A DNA stretch of 64,000 nucleotides from Podarcis bocagei (taxonomy: Eukaryota), in the NCBI GenBank assembly GCA_964188305.1, contig OZ076886.1; one strand, 5' to 3'. Below the pieces are notes generated by a model, which worked only from the letters and a program-made list of their open reading frames with translations, searched no databases and was not told the origin of the DNA. Below, in pieces: positions 12,125 through 26,549 of the stretch. The number at the start of each line of letters is the position of its first letter. Within the stretch, counting starts at the first letter, position 1. The position numbers were made by a program, and so were the translations under genes.

Positions 12125-12280
12125 TTGTTATCATTTTTATCCTCACAATAACCCTGTCTGGTGGGTTAGGTTGAGAGACAGTGACTGGCCCTTGATTGCC
12201 TAGTAAGCTTCATACCTCAGTGAAGATTTGAAACCAGGTCTCCCTTATCTGAGTCAAACATTCTATCTACTACACACTTT
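12125..12280 (-). mobile_element. MIR/CORE-like SINE fragment
   Basis: tcctcacaataaccctgt...gttaggttgagagacagtgactggccc...gatttgaaaccaggtctccc. Confidence 0.6.
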
Positions 12281-14329
12281 GCTGGCTTGTAAACTGAGTC
12301 ATAACATTCACCAGGTTGTGTGTGGTTTGTTTTTTAATAGACTGAATGTATCCCCATGCCAATTTTTGCCAGTTCAGCATTTCAGCAGCAAAATGACCAC
12401 CCCATATGGGAATTAGATTTGATCAATTCATCAACCCATCTTCTTCTTTTTTTCAGATACGTTTCATAGTCGTTAATGAGATTTTGCTGCCTTGAAAATC
12501 GTTAGCTTACATTCTCTTGGGTTGCTGTGCCTGTTTCACAGATTACTTCATTACTTGATTGCACAATGCTTTTAAGCAACAGAAGATCATTGTTTGTGTT
12601 GTGTGTTTAGACTCACTGCTGTCCAGTCAATAAAATGTTGGGTATCCTTCATTTTAAATGTTACCTGAGCTGTGGACTTGCTGGACGTTTGTGGGCAAGG
12701 CATTGTGTCTCAGGCTGTATTTCTTGTCTGTAAAATGGGGGTAATGGTAACTGACCTTTACAGGATTGCTCTGAATATGATTGAGATAAGGAAGCAAATT
12801 TGCCACAGTAATTCTCTGCTGCTCTGCTCAGTTTAACACTTTCATACTTGACAGTAACTTATACAGAAGAGGTGTGTGTCTCAGTTTACAGAAATCTAGG
12901 ACTGTCATTTATATAGTGGCTTCTGAATATGCGGGTGCTCTTGACTGAGACTACTGACAGATCTACACATAACACTCGTGCTGTTCTTATAAACCTCCCC
13001 TTTGTCTGCTGTGTGATGCTCAGGAAGTGCAGGTATGCTTAAGATCAGGGTAGGAAAATGCAGTAGTGTCAGGATGACAGCATGCTTCAGTGTGTCAATT
13101 CTGGTGCCCCCAAATCCAGCACCATAGGCAGAATCCCAGACCTTCTCCACCAACGCCCACCATGGAAGTACAGTAATTATTGCAAGAGTTGTATAACCAC
13201 TGCTACACAGAGGGGACTAGAGAAAGGAGGCACACTCAGGCCGGCATTTGAACTATCCTCCTGCCTGCCTGCTAGCTTCTCTTGTATCATCAGTGTGTGT
13301 CCCAGGGAGTTCTCATGAGGACATTTCAGATGAGCCCACCAGCGTTACATTGGCCTGGAGATTAGAGAGAACACACAGTGATCTTCAAGAGGGATGGAAT
13401 CTATAGTAGCAAAGCCAGCCGGCCCCACCCTGCACTCAGTGCACATTTTGCATCCCTCCCTCAATAAACACAACAGATTGCCATATTTTCTCTCTTTTTT
13501 ACAATTAAATATTTACGCTAGGCAGAAAACATTTTGCATGGACTTTTTAAACAGCCATGTCATCTTGCTCTTTTCATTCTCTAATCTTTCAGTTCTGAAT
13601 CAGAAGTGAAGATTTTTAGCCTATTTACTAAGAAGTAAATATTATGATGAAAACATCAGACAGCTTAGCAGTGACTTTAGGAAAGTGGAGAAAGCATTTT
13701 CTGGTAGTGCTGTCAATTGCAAAACATTCCATAGGCTACCAATGGAGGGAGTGATCTTGTTCTGGAATTCCTAATTTTCTTAGACTCTTAAGAGTTGGAA
13801 TAAATACAAATCATTTCATCCGAGGGTCAGGTCTGACATTACCTTAGCGGTGGGAGTGATGCTGCATCGTATAGCTATTACACAGGATCTAGTAGCATTA
13901 GAGGATCCAGATCATAGGGGCAGCACCCATAGACTTGAAACTTCTCCCAGTATTGCCAGGCTTTTCCACTGCCCCATCTCCTGATACTGAGGCCACTGCG
14001 CATGTGCAGGCCTAAATCTTTTAGCAAAGCAGCACAGGAATAGCAGACATAGCTGCAGTTTGCCTTCCACACTTCTTAAGGTAGCATAAGAAGGACACTG
14101 TTGCTGCCTTAAGACAGGATCATTTTCAATCAGTCATAAAGTGCAGGACGCTGAGTTTGATCTCACAAAATGTTGTTGCATGGAACGTATTTCAGCTGTG
14201 CTGTGCTCCACAACACAAGGTTTTCCATCCCTCCATAATGGTTAGTAAGTGTTATTGGCCACTTTGCATGCTCAGTCCTCATTCAGCTATTTTGCACCAC
14301 CACCCTCCAGGTTTCCCAACACACTGCTC

Positions 14330-14332
<3 letters not shown>

Positions 14333-14374
<42 letters not shown>

Positions 14375-14400
14375 CTCTCCTTCCTTCCTTCCTTCCTTCA
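14333..14400. repeat. (CT)n plus (CCTT)n microsatellite
   Basis: Directly visible. Confidence 0.9.
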
Positions 14401-14677
14401 TACCACTGCAGATTTTGGGAATTCGCCGAGTCTGCTGACAAATGACTAGTGTGTGGATAATGCTGTTTTGGCTACATAAGCTCAGATGCTTGCCTCTGAA
14501 AACCAAAGACAGGGAATTGGTAGCCTTGAACCCATTGGTGCTTAAGAAGTATGAGAAACTTGTTGATGGAGTACTGAAATTAGTGGTGCCATTTTGGCTC
14601 AGTCTTACATGAATGAATGAAGCAAGCTTATTCAGTTGACTGCCTGTAGTAATTGTGGGCATCTTCATAGAGGAATA

Positions 14678-14890
14678 CAGTGGTACCTCGGGTTAAGAAC
14701 TTAATTCGTTCTGGAGATCCATTCTAAACCAGAAACTGTTCTTAACTTGAGGTACCACTTTAGCTGATGGGGCCTGCCGCGCCGCCACGGTGCAATTTCT
14801 GTTCTCATCCTGAAGCAAAGTTCTTAACCCGAGGTACTATTTCTCGGTTAGCGGAGAAACCTGAAGCGTCTGTAACCTGAGGTACCACTG
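14678..14890. mobile_element. Tc1/mariner (Tigger-like) MITE, same family as 11785-12010, opposite orientation
   Basis: CAGTGGTACCTC...GAGGTACCACTG with TA TSD. Confidence 0.9.
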
Positions 14891-15087
14891 TACAAAATTC
14901 ATTTGGGAGAAGCAGTTACTATACCAGCCACTGCATGTGTCATTGCTGCAAGTGTGCTTCTTGGCACTGTGCTTGAATCCATTGTGGAAGGTTGGTGTAG
15001 AAGTCCTTCTGCATAAAGGGCCTGCGACACACTGCCTTCTGAAACATTATGGAATACCACTATCTGTTAGAAACAGAACTGAAGTTT

Positions 15088-15221
15088 TTCAGCCTCACTC
15101 ACCTTACAGAGTGTTTGTTGTGGGGGAGGAAGGGAAAGGAGAATGTTAGCCACTTTGAGACTCCTTCAGGTAGTGATAAAGTGGGATATCAAATCCAAAC
15201 TCTTCCTCTTCTTCTTCTTCT
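15088..15221 (+). mobile_element. 3' part of a squamate SINE (Squam3-like) with (CTT)n tail
   Basis: cagcctcactcaccttacagagtgtttgttgtggggg...gccactttgagactccttcaggtagtg...ctcttcttcttc. Confidence 0.6.
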
Positions 15222-17199
15222 GAGCACATCTGCAAGAATTCAGCCCAAGATGCATATTGTGAGGTAATAAATTATGGGGAGTCAGAGAAACCAGCTTAAA
15301 AAGTTTTTAAAACAGAAATGTGTTAAAACAACAACAAACTCCTTATAAAGCCTGGTGAAAGTCTTTCTGAGTACATGAAACATAAAAGAGAGTGTTTCTT
15401 GTTGAATTCTAGTGCCTGGTGTCCAGCTACTTTCATAGACAGATTTATTGTACTCAAACATTAAAGTATTTTTGTTAATGTCCTAATACATTAATACTTT
15501 AACTATGCCAATAGTTGGTGAAACAAACCAAATATGTTTTGACCCAACAATTTTAGCTTAAAATGGGATCAGTCTGTTGAGTCATGGAAAGCTCAAATCA
15601 AAATGCTGGGTATGTTTGTTTGTTTGTTTGTTTGTCTTTAAACATTTAATACTAATAAAGAGTCACTGTATGGTTTTACCCTCTTGATCAAGATGTTACT
15701 CCTTATGAGGACTTTTGGGGGGCCAGACATGGCTTTGTAATGGTTTTGATTGTACTTTTAAACTAGTTTTGTATTAATAGCTTTGTTTTAAGTTTATTTC
15801 TGAACTACTTTGGATCCCCCCCTTTAAAGCAGAATGTAAGTTTTAAATGAAAAATAATGACTATCCGAAAAGACACTTGCTATACTGTTATCCACTATCC
15901 TATATTTTTATTTTCTTCTTTTCTTTACATCTGATACTTTGTCTTTCTTCAATCTCATTTTAATGAGATCAAGCAGCTACTGAGAAAAGAACTTTTGTTC
16001 TGAAGAGTCTGATACTTAAGGTAAATGTTAATTGACATCACCAGGGGAAAATCCAAGTCAGACAATTCATTACTGGAGGAAGTCTTCATTACTACAGAGA
16101 AAAGCCTCATTGCAAAGGAATATGTGGCTTTGTGGTCTCTTTTGAGTTCTGTGAATCCATATTTAAACCTTAGAGATACATGAACTGCTAAGCCAAACTG
16201 CCACCCTTTGAGAGTCAATACATGTGTATATGTCATTTATTCATAAATCTCTTGATTATTCCACACTTGATGGCTCACAGCCAGAGCCCTTTTCAAATGT
16301 TTTATAGTGTGTTAAATGAAATTGAATCAGAGGGGCAACTCTGTGGTGAAAGTCCCCACCCCAAATCCGTGTGCATCCGGTGTAAGATCTGAACATATTC
16401 TCATCTGTACAGTTTCCTTGGGCATCTTAGTGTGGAAAGACAGGGTGTACACTAACTTTGTTGTTGTTGTTGTTGTTAAAAACTGCAAATGCAAAGACCT
16501 CTCACTATGTGTTCAACAAGGCTGCTTTTCCAGGGTTCCCAACCATGCAGAGAGAGTTCTCTGAGCACAACATTATATAATCAGGACCATTTTTAGACAT
16601 TACAAATATTGTGATGATACACATCCCACCATGTGCATTAATTACACCTGAAAAGGGCTCAAATATCTGAATAGACTTTACTGAAAAGCATGAATAAGAA
16701 TAATTAACTAAAATGATGCTTGTGCTGTTTTTAAATCAGCCCCTGAGTGATGTGGAATATTGTTTTGAAGGTATTTTTTAAAAGGACAGTTATTTGAGCT
16801 TGGGAACTTTGATGGAGATTTGTCAGCAGAATATAGGTGACGGTGCTTGGGATATAATGCATGGTGAGAATTTTGTCAGTTACATACTTTATGCGCTTAC
16901 AAGGACCTCTGTTCTTGTTGTTTGTACTGCTAAGGTTGTGCAGCAAAGTTGTGTCCACATAGGGTGTCTGAGTTTTGTGAGTTTTTGATGATTAGTTTGT
17001 GTTTGTGTGACATATCAATGGGTTTATTAATAGGTGATGCCTGTATCACTAGATTCACTTTAAAGCAAAAACTAGCCTAACACACAGCCACTATGCCATC
17101 CAAAAACCTCCACTGAAGTCAAGAAATCCCATCCTTGGGATGTGAGCTATTAAAATCCACTGCAGGAACCATGCAGCCGAGCCCTTCCTCTTGAATTCC

Positions 17200-17730
17200 T
17201 GGTAGCAACAGGCTCTGTATGCTGGAAAGAGTTAAGCAGGAGTCTGTTGATATTTCAGAGCTGCTCCGAACCCCTGCAGTCAGAGGGAGGGAAGCTCTTG
17301 ATTGGCCAAGTTCCTGTTGGTAGTAATAGCGGATCAGATATCAAACTTCTGTCTTTCCTAAAGACCCTTTAGGGATAGTCTGCTCCCCGCTAGACTATGA
17401 CATCAGTCAGGACACCCGGTGATGTTGCTGATAGTAAACTCTGAGAAAGGAGGGGAGGGTGGGATAGAAAGGAGGGGTCTGCTAGCTAAAAGTTAATTAG
17501 CCCAACACAGTGCAAGGGCATACAGTAGGCTTTCGCGGAGGGTCAGTGCTGGATGGGACCAAACCTTTCCTGAGTTACACTTCTGCTGCTTTCTGCAATC
17601 ACCTAGACTCCAAGGGAGGGCTAGATGAATTGTGATTCATTGGTCGTGATCAGCTTCTCTTCTTGGAGCCAGTTAATGGTTTGAGCATTGAGTGGCTTTC
17701 TGGCACTGGGAATAATCACAAGGCATCACC
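17200..17730 (+). promoter_or_regulatory. MYOCD: MYOCD proximal promoter and 5' UTR
   Basis: Directly upstream of ATG 17731 (Kozak CACCATG); inverted CCAAT (ATTGG 17301-17305); GCTAAAAGTTAATTAGCCC resembles my recollection of the mammalian MYOCD leader; TSS not determinable. Confidence 0.6.
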
Positions 17731-17785
17731 ATGACACTTCTGGGGTCTGAGCATTCTATGCTGATTCGGAGCAAATTCAGATCAG
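17731..17785 (+). CDS. MYOCD: MYOCD exon 1 (MTLLGSEHSMLIRSKFRS; MEF2-binding N-terminus)
   Basis: ATG 17731, donor CAG|gtaggg. Confidence 0.96.
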
Positions 17786-20700
17786 GTAGGGCTAACTCGG
17801 CAAGAATTTCTCCTAAAACTTTTCTCTACTACAAGCCTCAGCTGGAGGCTGTTTCTTATTAAGCAGCATGCAAGTAAAATAACCAGGGAGTCGTAAAGCT
17901 GTCATGGGCTCGCTCTCACAGAGGCTACTCTGCAAATGAAGAAATGCGTTTTCCTTTCTGTCTGCTCCCTCTCTTTCTGCTCTTTCCCTACTTACAATTT
18001 ATGTCTGTGGCGTAGCTTACTAAAAAACAAACAAACCCAAACGCTCTACAATTCTGAGTTCTCCACATATTTGAATGAGAACTGGACCAAAAATCCATAA
18101 GGGCTGTTATGACAAGCAGTAGATCTCCTCCCATCCATACAAGTCAGATGCTGTCCTGTATATCCTAGCCTTGATGCTTTACTCCATAATCCAGGCAGCC
18201 AGCCTTAGGGTTCTGTGACTAATTGGACAAACATGAATTTGCAGAAAGGCATCAATTTTTTTTTTAGAAGTACAAAAAATAAATGGAACATGCAAAGTAT
18301 TTAAAATGACATCACCAGAGAAATATAGCTAGAGCCAAATGACTGATTGCCATTTTCTAAAGCTTTGCAACAAAAAACCATGTACCAGATCTCCAGAGTG
18401 TGTTGAAGCCCCATTAGGGGCGTCTTCTTTGAGGACATCCAACGTGAATAAAGGTGAGTAATGGTGAATAAAGGCAGGAGACAGTCACATAGAAATCAGT
18501 CCTATTGCAAGCTTAGGGTCACAGCAACTTTAGATAAATTCAGCATTGTATAGTGTGTGTTCTTGTGTGCATGCTTGTGTTTATACGTTATTCTTATTGG
18601 GTTTGGCTATACCAATTATTATTTTAAATAGCACTCTTTTCTTGTCATCCGAGTTGTTGCTGTGTGCGTCCAGTGAATGTACTGATAATCACGTTCTCCT
18701 GTATGTTTCACCCATTCCAGAATGTCACCCACTCAGCTTGGGGAAGGGTGGTGGTTTTTGATCTCTAGTACACCAGAGATAACGAGAAGATCAGAAACTT
18801 ATCGTACTGTTGCTAATCCACTGGGGTTTTATGAAGACGTTTGAGGCAGCTGGGTGGTCATTTGCAGTGTTTGCTTAGAAAATATAAAATTGGCAGCTAG
18901 TTGAAAACTCCAGAGTTGTATGTACAAATGAAGAGACACTGGCTGGCTGGGGTTCTGCACAGTTTGGGTCCAGTACTTTGCTGTGGTTTCTCTATCACTG
19001 TAATCACATTTCATGAGAATAAGTCATTCCTCAGAATCCATTGGTGTATTATGGTAATGGTACAGTGCCATTCACTGGAAAGAAGAGGGCTTGCTCTCTA
19101 ACCCAGTAATCCCAAAGCAATACTGCCACCTTCCTGAAGTGAGGAGGACACAAGGGGGATGGTTCTCCAGGCCATTGCATTCTTTTACAGTGAGCCAGTA
19201 TTGTTTTTAAGACTCATTTCGGTGTTATTTTTAAAGACGGGGTGTTGGGGGTTGAGAGATTACAGAGTTGATGGTAGGATCGCATATTTTTCAAATGATT
19301 CTAGGCTAAAAGTAAACTTTATGACTCTTTTAGTCCCATAAATTTTGTTTCTTTTAGAGTTTCTAACAGAGTCGCTTTGTAGGGGCACTCTTCCAATCTC
19401 TTTCCCACATTTTAATTACCACCTCTTTGTCTTGGGGTGAAGACATACGGGGTGCTGTTGTGACTGTTACCCATCTTATTTTGGTGCTACTTTTATGAAA
19501 AAACGTTTTCTTGTAAGTAGAAACCTGTCCACATTGATCCTTACAGTTAGCATTTTAGAATATTAGTATAGCACTAAAAATGGGGCCACAGCAGCAGCAG
19601 GAAATGGTTAGAATCCCAAGGATATTCCCATAGACTCCCAAGCTACAGGGCAGATGTGTTTGAGGGTCACTTGCATATTGAGTGCGATAAACTGAAAAGT
19701 GTTAATTTAAATAAAGGGTTTAAACATAAGAGCATCTTTGCTCTGGTGTCTCTTGCATGATACACATGGTGATCAAACACTAACCTTGATGTTTAAAGAG
19801 GATAGACCTTAGCTGCAGCGTGGAAATAGAGCACAGGTCCTTCATGTCGATTTGTACTTCATCCCAAATTTTCCAAAATGGAATTGTAGCACTACATAAG
19901 CAGAATGCTTGTTGCGTATAGTACTTTGTATAAAAAATATAGTCAGTATATGAATTTCTTACCACTGTGTTTGATGGGGATTACTCCCCAAAAAGTGTAC
20001 GTAGGAGAGCAGCCTTTGTTTGAGGTACAGGTGGGAAGTTGTCGCTAGCGTTAACCATTGTAGGTGACAAAAATTATGGTTTCTGTATGTACCGTTACCG
20101 TACATAAAATGTATGATACAGTATCATAGACTTACTATCATGGACTATTTCTACTGCCAATATAAATGATACATAAACGTCCTACATGAGAATATCGGCA
20201 ATGAATGTATACAGACTGAAATAAGCCATTAGCCATGGTTCTTTCATCAGTTCAGGCGTGTACATTGCAATCCTACCTCCGGTGACCTATTTAGAGCACG
20301 TACTGAGGACCTCCTTTGAATTATAGTTTGGAGACCTGCGAATATTACCATGATCTTCATCCAAGGACGTAACCATTTTCTTGTAAGCTTTGGTAACCTT
20401 TCAGCTCAAACTACTGTATTGCGCTATGTAGGCGTCTGCCTTAGGACTTCTGTTGCTTTAAAATGTAGCAGCTCACCTAGTCTGGGGCTGATCACAGAGC
20501 TGCCATGCCACTAATTCTAGGTGAGCTCTGCATGTTACCTACATGTTTCCTGGCCAAATTCAAAGTGTTGATTGTGACATTTAGAAACCTACACGGTCCT
20601 GGCATTTTTAAGGGAATGTTTCCCCCCATATTTGCCTGTCCCTGGAATTAGGCTAAAGTGGAAAAATGCTGCTTCAGTTGCCACCATCTTCTGGGGTAAG

Positions 20701-23700
20701 GTTGTCCCCTACCAAGCATAAGGCTTTATCTAGCCTCGTTCACACATCACAGTGAGCCGAACCATAGCTTACTAGGATCACAGAAACACATAGGCACTTG
20801 TAAAGGAGCTCACTTGCACTTTTCTCCTCACCAATATTTTTTTTTTTACTCCCATAACACACTGAAATAAGCCACGGTTTGGCTTAGCATGTAACCCGAT
20901 TTCAGGCCCTTGGTTACGCTCTCTCCTTGCTAACCAGATGTTGCAGCCAAGGTTTGCTCTTGTGCTTTCAAAATGATGGCTGTATAGTTTTAATGAATGT
21001 TGCAAGCTGTTTTGCATGCCTGTGACTGAAAAAGTGTGTTGTTCTAACAGCAAGTAAATAAAACAAAGTATAAGGTAAAGGTAAAGGGACCCCTGACCAT
21101 TAGGTCCAGTCGTGGCTGACTCTGGGGTTGCAGCGCTCATCTCGCTTTTTGGCTGAGGGAGCCGGCGTACAGCTTCTGGGTCATGCGGCCAGCACAACTA
21201 AGCCACTTCTGGCAAACAAGAGCAGTGCACGGAAACGCCATTTACCTTCCCACCAGAGCGGTACCTATTTATCTACTTGCACTTTGACGTGCTTTCGAAC
21301 TGCTAGGTTGGCAGGAGCAGGAACCGAGCAACGGGAGCTCACCCCGTTGCGGGGATTCAAACCGCCGACCTTCTGATCAGCAAGCCCAAGGCTCTGTGGT
21401 TTAACCCACAGCGCCATAGTTTTTCATATAATCACAGGTTGCATACATACCATACATTTAAAGCACCCCCACCCCCCAAAAAATAGAATCCTGGGAACTG
21501 TTGTTTACGCCTAACAGAAATTCCCAGCACTCTTAACTATAGTTACCTTTGGGAGGAAATGTGCTTTACAGAGTTGGAAGGTAAACTAGTCCAACTCTAT
21601 TACTAATCATTCCCACTAGATGGTCATCCAGCCTGTTCTTTTGCATAGCGTTCTGCCCGGGGGGGGGGGGGGAGATAAGACTTGTTTGCATTGAAAACCT
21701 GCGCCTTCAAGTTTGGTAAAACAAGCCACTGCTCTGAGTGGAGTATAAATCTAATATGTCAAAAATCTTCAGCGATGTTGCAGGCATGTTCTCCCCTCCC
21801 ACTTCCTTCTGAGTTAAGAGACTAGGATTTGTGTGGATGTTTATTTTGTCTATTTTACCAAAGATAAATACACAAACCTGAGGTCATCCTGACAAATTCC
21901 ACAGAAACAATGATTCTTTTTGCCTGCCTTCCAAATATCAATGGAATTGCCTTAAATCAAATAGGACAAAGCACAAGGGGTTGGCCCAAGAATTCTCTTG
22001 CTAAGTGTTTAACTCTTCCCAGGAAACACTATCCATGGCATTGTGTCTCCAAAAAATACAAATCCATATGTTATTGGAGTGCTGTAAATGGAAGTCATTA
22101 AACTCCTTTAGAGGTCATCTCTCACTTGCTTGGCCAGTGAGGGGACAGGTTGGGTAAGTTGCCACAGTCTGATTGGCTGCATAAGGAAATGTCACTTCCC
22201 AGGCCCACTGCCTCAGCCTTACTGGGTAACTTCAGAGATGGGGCTCCAGAGTCTAGCATAAAATAGCTGGAGAATCTTAAAAGTTCTACTGAAAAATGAT
22301 TGTTTGTTGGAAGTGATACTTGATGGTTTGTAGGTAACAGATCTCTGACTTCCAGTGGAGCCATAATGGGAAAAGTGGGTGAGTTGGGCCACTGGTATAT
22401 CAATAACTTAGTGTTGATGGCTCAAGAGCATCAAGATAGTGAAATGTTGAAATGAAATGAGTCTGGGTGTTACTGGTGTCTTATGCTATGAATCCCATTT
22501 TGCACAATGCAGACTAGGAGTCCAGGGCTGGCTGAGAGTGTTTTGTGCCCTAGAACTTGTAATTGCAAAAGATACGAGGTGCAATTTGTTTTCGTATGGA
22601 GAGCTGCTCTGCTCAAAGCAGCACAAGAGTCCATATTTACTGCTTCTGCCTGGTTTGAGTGACCCTTAAATTGCAAAATCCCAGGTGTCTACCTGTATGA
22701 TAGAGTTGCTCTCCCATGCTCATCTTCAAGTGCAACAGATGTGTAAATTATTAAAAAATACTGGTACATCTGTACTCCATCTCCTTTAGCCTGAGTATCT
22801 ATGAGGCAGTGGGGAGAGACGTAAGAACTGGAGGTGCTGATTTCATAGTCTAGCAATTCAGATTTGGGTAAAATGTTAGAGCAAGTGTCTTCTTAAACGC
22901 CTAGGGTTAATGTAGAGTTTTTGTTTTAAAATTACGAACCTGGTAGGGGGTCTTTTAGCAATAAGACATTGTAGTTGGAGTAAAGATCCCTCTAATGTTA
23001 CGGAGAGGAATAATCAATTAAATACAGTATTTGAAGGTTAGAGACATCTGATGAAAAGAATGAGCAACATGTGAAGTTAAGAGTAAATGCTGTTCTTTCA
23101 ATTATCACTTTTGGGGTTCTAAAAATCAGAGTTGATGGTTTTATTTTACACTCTGAATTTCAATAATTATATTTTTTTACTGGAATTCTTACTGTAGATT
23201 CCCCCCACCCCCAGTACATTCTGCCCACTCCTCAAAGTACATTGAGGTCCTCAAGGTAGGCTAAGACTTGTCTGATTTTCTTTTTTATCCCCACTTATCT
23301 TGTCCATGATTATGTCAGGGTTGTTTCAGATGCTCAAGGAGAAAGACAACCGATTTATAAGGTGCGGAGGGTATTGTAGATAATGTAGAAAAGTAGCAGC
23401 CATCCCTACATTGCCAAAACTGTAATCTAAGTGGACGTGCAGCTATTTTTTGGTGGTGGTGAGATGTTGCATACATTACAGGGAGGACTGAAATACACAT
23501 ACTGTAAAGAAGGCAACTGGAATACTGTTCAGGATTTACATACAGATTCTTAAAGATTTCTATTGCTCACCCCACAAGAACACACTTACCTCCACCTTCT
23601 GACCAATTAAGAAATAACCTCTTGAAGTATTGATAATTCATTCTCTCTTTCAACTGCTGATCTAATAATAGAAGAATGCATAATTTTGAGTGAACGGACA

Positions 23701-26518
23701 AGGTGAAATTTTTTTGGCCTGTTTGTTTTGTGTACCTCTGGAGCTTATATCAAAGAATTATTGGTCTGCAAGGCGGTAGATGATTTTCAAACCCAGCCTC
23801 TTGCCTCAAAGCAGAAACCTTCGTGCCTGAAATATATACATTACTGTAATGGCTATTAGATATCCTGGGTTTGTTCATATTAGATTAACAATATACACAA
23901 GCATCTTATCTAGGTTCATCCTTAATTATGAGGTGGAGTGTCCAAATTAGTCGCACTTCTGTGACCTAGGAGCACCACAAGATCTCTGAGGGATGAAATT
24001 AACTGAGCAAAAAGAGTTAATTTGTGCCTTGTTAGCAAACTCCAAATAGCTGTGGATTAAATGTCAGCTGGGCTTGACCAGCTGTACTGCAGCTTTGTTG
24101 CTTAGGAGCAAACTTCAAATGTGAGTGACCCATACATTTTACTCCCTACCCAAACACACTGGTAAGTTGCCTTAGCCAACAGATCTGTGGGGTCAGGCTA
24201 ACTTCTTTGAACAGATTATGAGTTGATAGTTTAGTGATGCCAGTGTAGCCTGTATTTTTTTCATACTAGAAGCAATGAAACAATGATTGCATGTCCTGCC
24301 TACTATTTCTGTAACAGCCAGTTTATGTTTGTGAAATAAGCACAGGCCTTGTTTTAAAAACCCATCAGGAAAAAGAAGCCAGATCTATAAAGTATTTTCC
24401 AGTGGGCATCTTCACAACATGTCCATTCAGTAGTAATTGCCAGTGGGTCATTTGTGGATATAAACAAGGATTCCATCTTATTGCTGAAGTGTTATCCACA
24501 GTAAGTTTCTACGAAACATCCCTATATGCACTTTATTTAAAAAACAATCAATCGTCTATCATATCGTTGCACTTACCTCTTTACTAAATACATACAATAT
24601 GGAAAAGGCTTTATTCTGGACCTGTGCTTAAATGTTTTTGGTGTTAATTTTCATTGTATCGAAGTACTTGCTAGTTCTGTTACTAGTTCTGTTGGCTGAT
24701 AGCACACCTGCTAGTTGAGAGCAGATGAAAGAAATCAGTTCAATGTCTTCCAGTGATTGCTATTTATCCCTATTTGTCCATTCTTCTTCAGTTGGGTAAC
24801 TTCTGTATCTTTTTATTGTGGGCCACATTCCCTCAGGAACATTTTCCAAGGGGCTGCATACCAGCAGTGGGTGGGGCTGGAGTCAGCACTGGGCAGGGTC
24901 AGAGCCAAAAATCGATCCCCCTTTCTCTCTTTTTGCCACCCCACTTTCTCTCTTGGTTTTTCCTCTTTTTTATGACTTTTGCTGTTCTTTAGAACACAAA
25001 CACTGCAAGCAAAATCCCAATCATGAAATTAGGCATTAAATATCACCTTTATTTTTAAAAAATAAAATCAGTAGTACCTGTAGGGTTGCCATATTTTGAA
25101 GAGCAAAAAAAGAGGACACATTTGCAGACTTCTACTTTTAACTATGGATCGCTAGGACGACTTTACCCATGAAAAAGAAGGCGTGTCCTGGAAAAAAGGA
25201 CATATGGCAACCCTAACATTGGAGCAACTCATCCGTAAAAAGAAATGCTTTACAACAGGGGCCAGCAAACTTTTTTGTCCCTCAGACCTTGTGGAGGGTC
25301 AGACTATATTTTGGGGGGGCAGGAATGAATGAATTCCTGTGCCCCACAAATAACCCAGAGATGCATTTTAGATAAAAGCACACATTTTGCTCATGTAAAA
25401 ACACCAGGCAAGCCCCACAAACAATCCAGAGATGCATTTTAAATAAAAGGACACAGTCTACTCATGTAACAACATGCTGATTCCCGGACCGTCCACAGGC
25501 TGGATTTAGAAGGCGACTGGGCCGGATCCGGCCCCTGGGCCTTAGTTTGCCTACCCATGCTTTACAACTTTGCATTTCAGGCATTTTAAACACCTGGGAT
25601 TCCAATACTCTGGTGTGTTTTCTTGGGAAGCAAATTCCGTTGAAATTCCTGGGGCCTATTATTTCCAGGGAAATGTGTTTAAGGTGCAGATCTGACATTC
25701 TTAACCACTGAAATTAAAGGATGTAATTGGATTATGTGGTGGCAGCCATTCATCCAAGCCTGCCTTCCAGACTGTGGATACTGGGCTTTGCAGCGAACGG
25801 GGAGTATTTTGATGCATTTGCAGTTAAGTTTTAGTGGCGTCAAAGCTTTGCATCTGGTTCCTGAGACCACATGAAACAGGCCATGCTTTCCAAAAAGCCC
25901 AGACCTTTGGGAGCTGCCTCTCCCGCCTCTCTATCTCTTTCCTCCCATGTTCTCCTGCCGAAGTGACATCTCTTAAGTGTGCAAGTTCCTTGACTAGCCC
26001 TGATTAAAGCAGCACGCAAACAGATGCTTTAATCCCTCTATAGTGCTAAGTCTGTGCAAGCATAAACAAATCATGAGAGCTTTTCAAGAGGGTGCTGGTG
26101 CCCCAAGGAAGCCATTTGTCTCCAGTGCTCATTTCTTAGAGATTGTTTGTGGAAATTGGAGGGTTTCCCCACCCAGTTCCTCAGAGCTTGTTCTGATGAA
26201 AAAGACAAGCTTCGTGTTCTTCACAACCCAGTATTGCTGATTTAAAGGCTGACACCCTCTAACATATCCGAAAGGTTAAATCTTTGATCCATTAGCTAAT
26301 TTGTTAAAGGGCTGAATGGTGTCTTTTAAATTATCTGATAAGTCACTGGTACAGGACCTAATTCCAGCAAAGATGAGGACATTGCCAACACGAATGAAGC
26401 ATCAGATGCATTTGAATGGTTATGAAAATCTGACACTATTGTAGATTTCTTTTAAAATACATTTCACATAGAAGAGAAATGAAATACTCTCTCTCTTTCT
26501 TTCTCTCTCTCTCTCACT

Positions 26519-26549
<31 letters not shown>

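Noticed and set aside
15701-15710. CArG-like CCTTATGAGG 2 kb upstream of the ATG
   Set aside because: Non-consensus and isolated; I noticed no perfect CC(A/T)6GG near the promoter
20778-21376. ORFs of 139 and 82 aa, and similar ORFs at 39032 and 52207
   Set aside because: Translations of Sauria SINE copies
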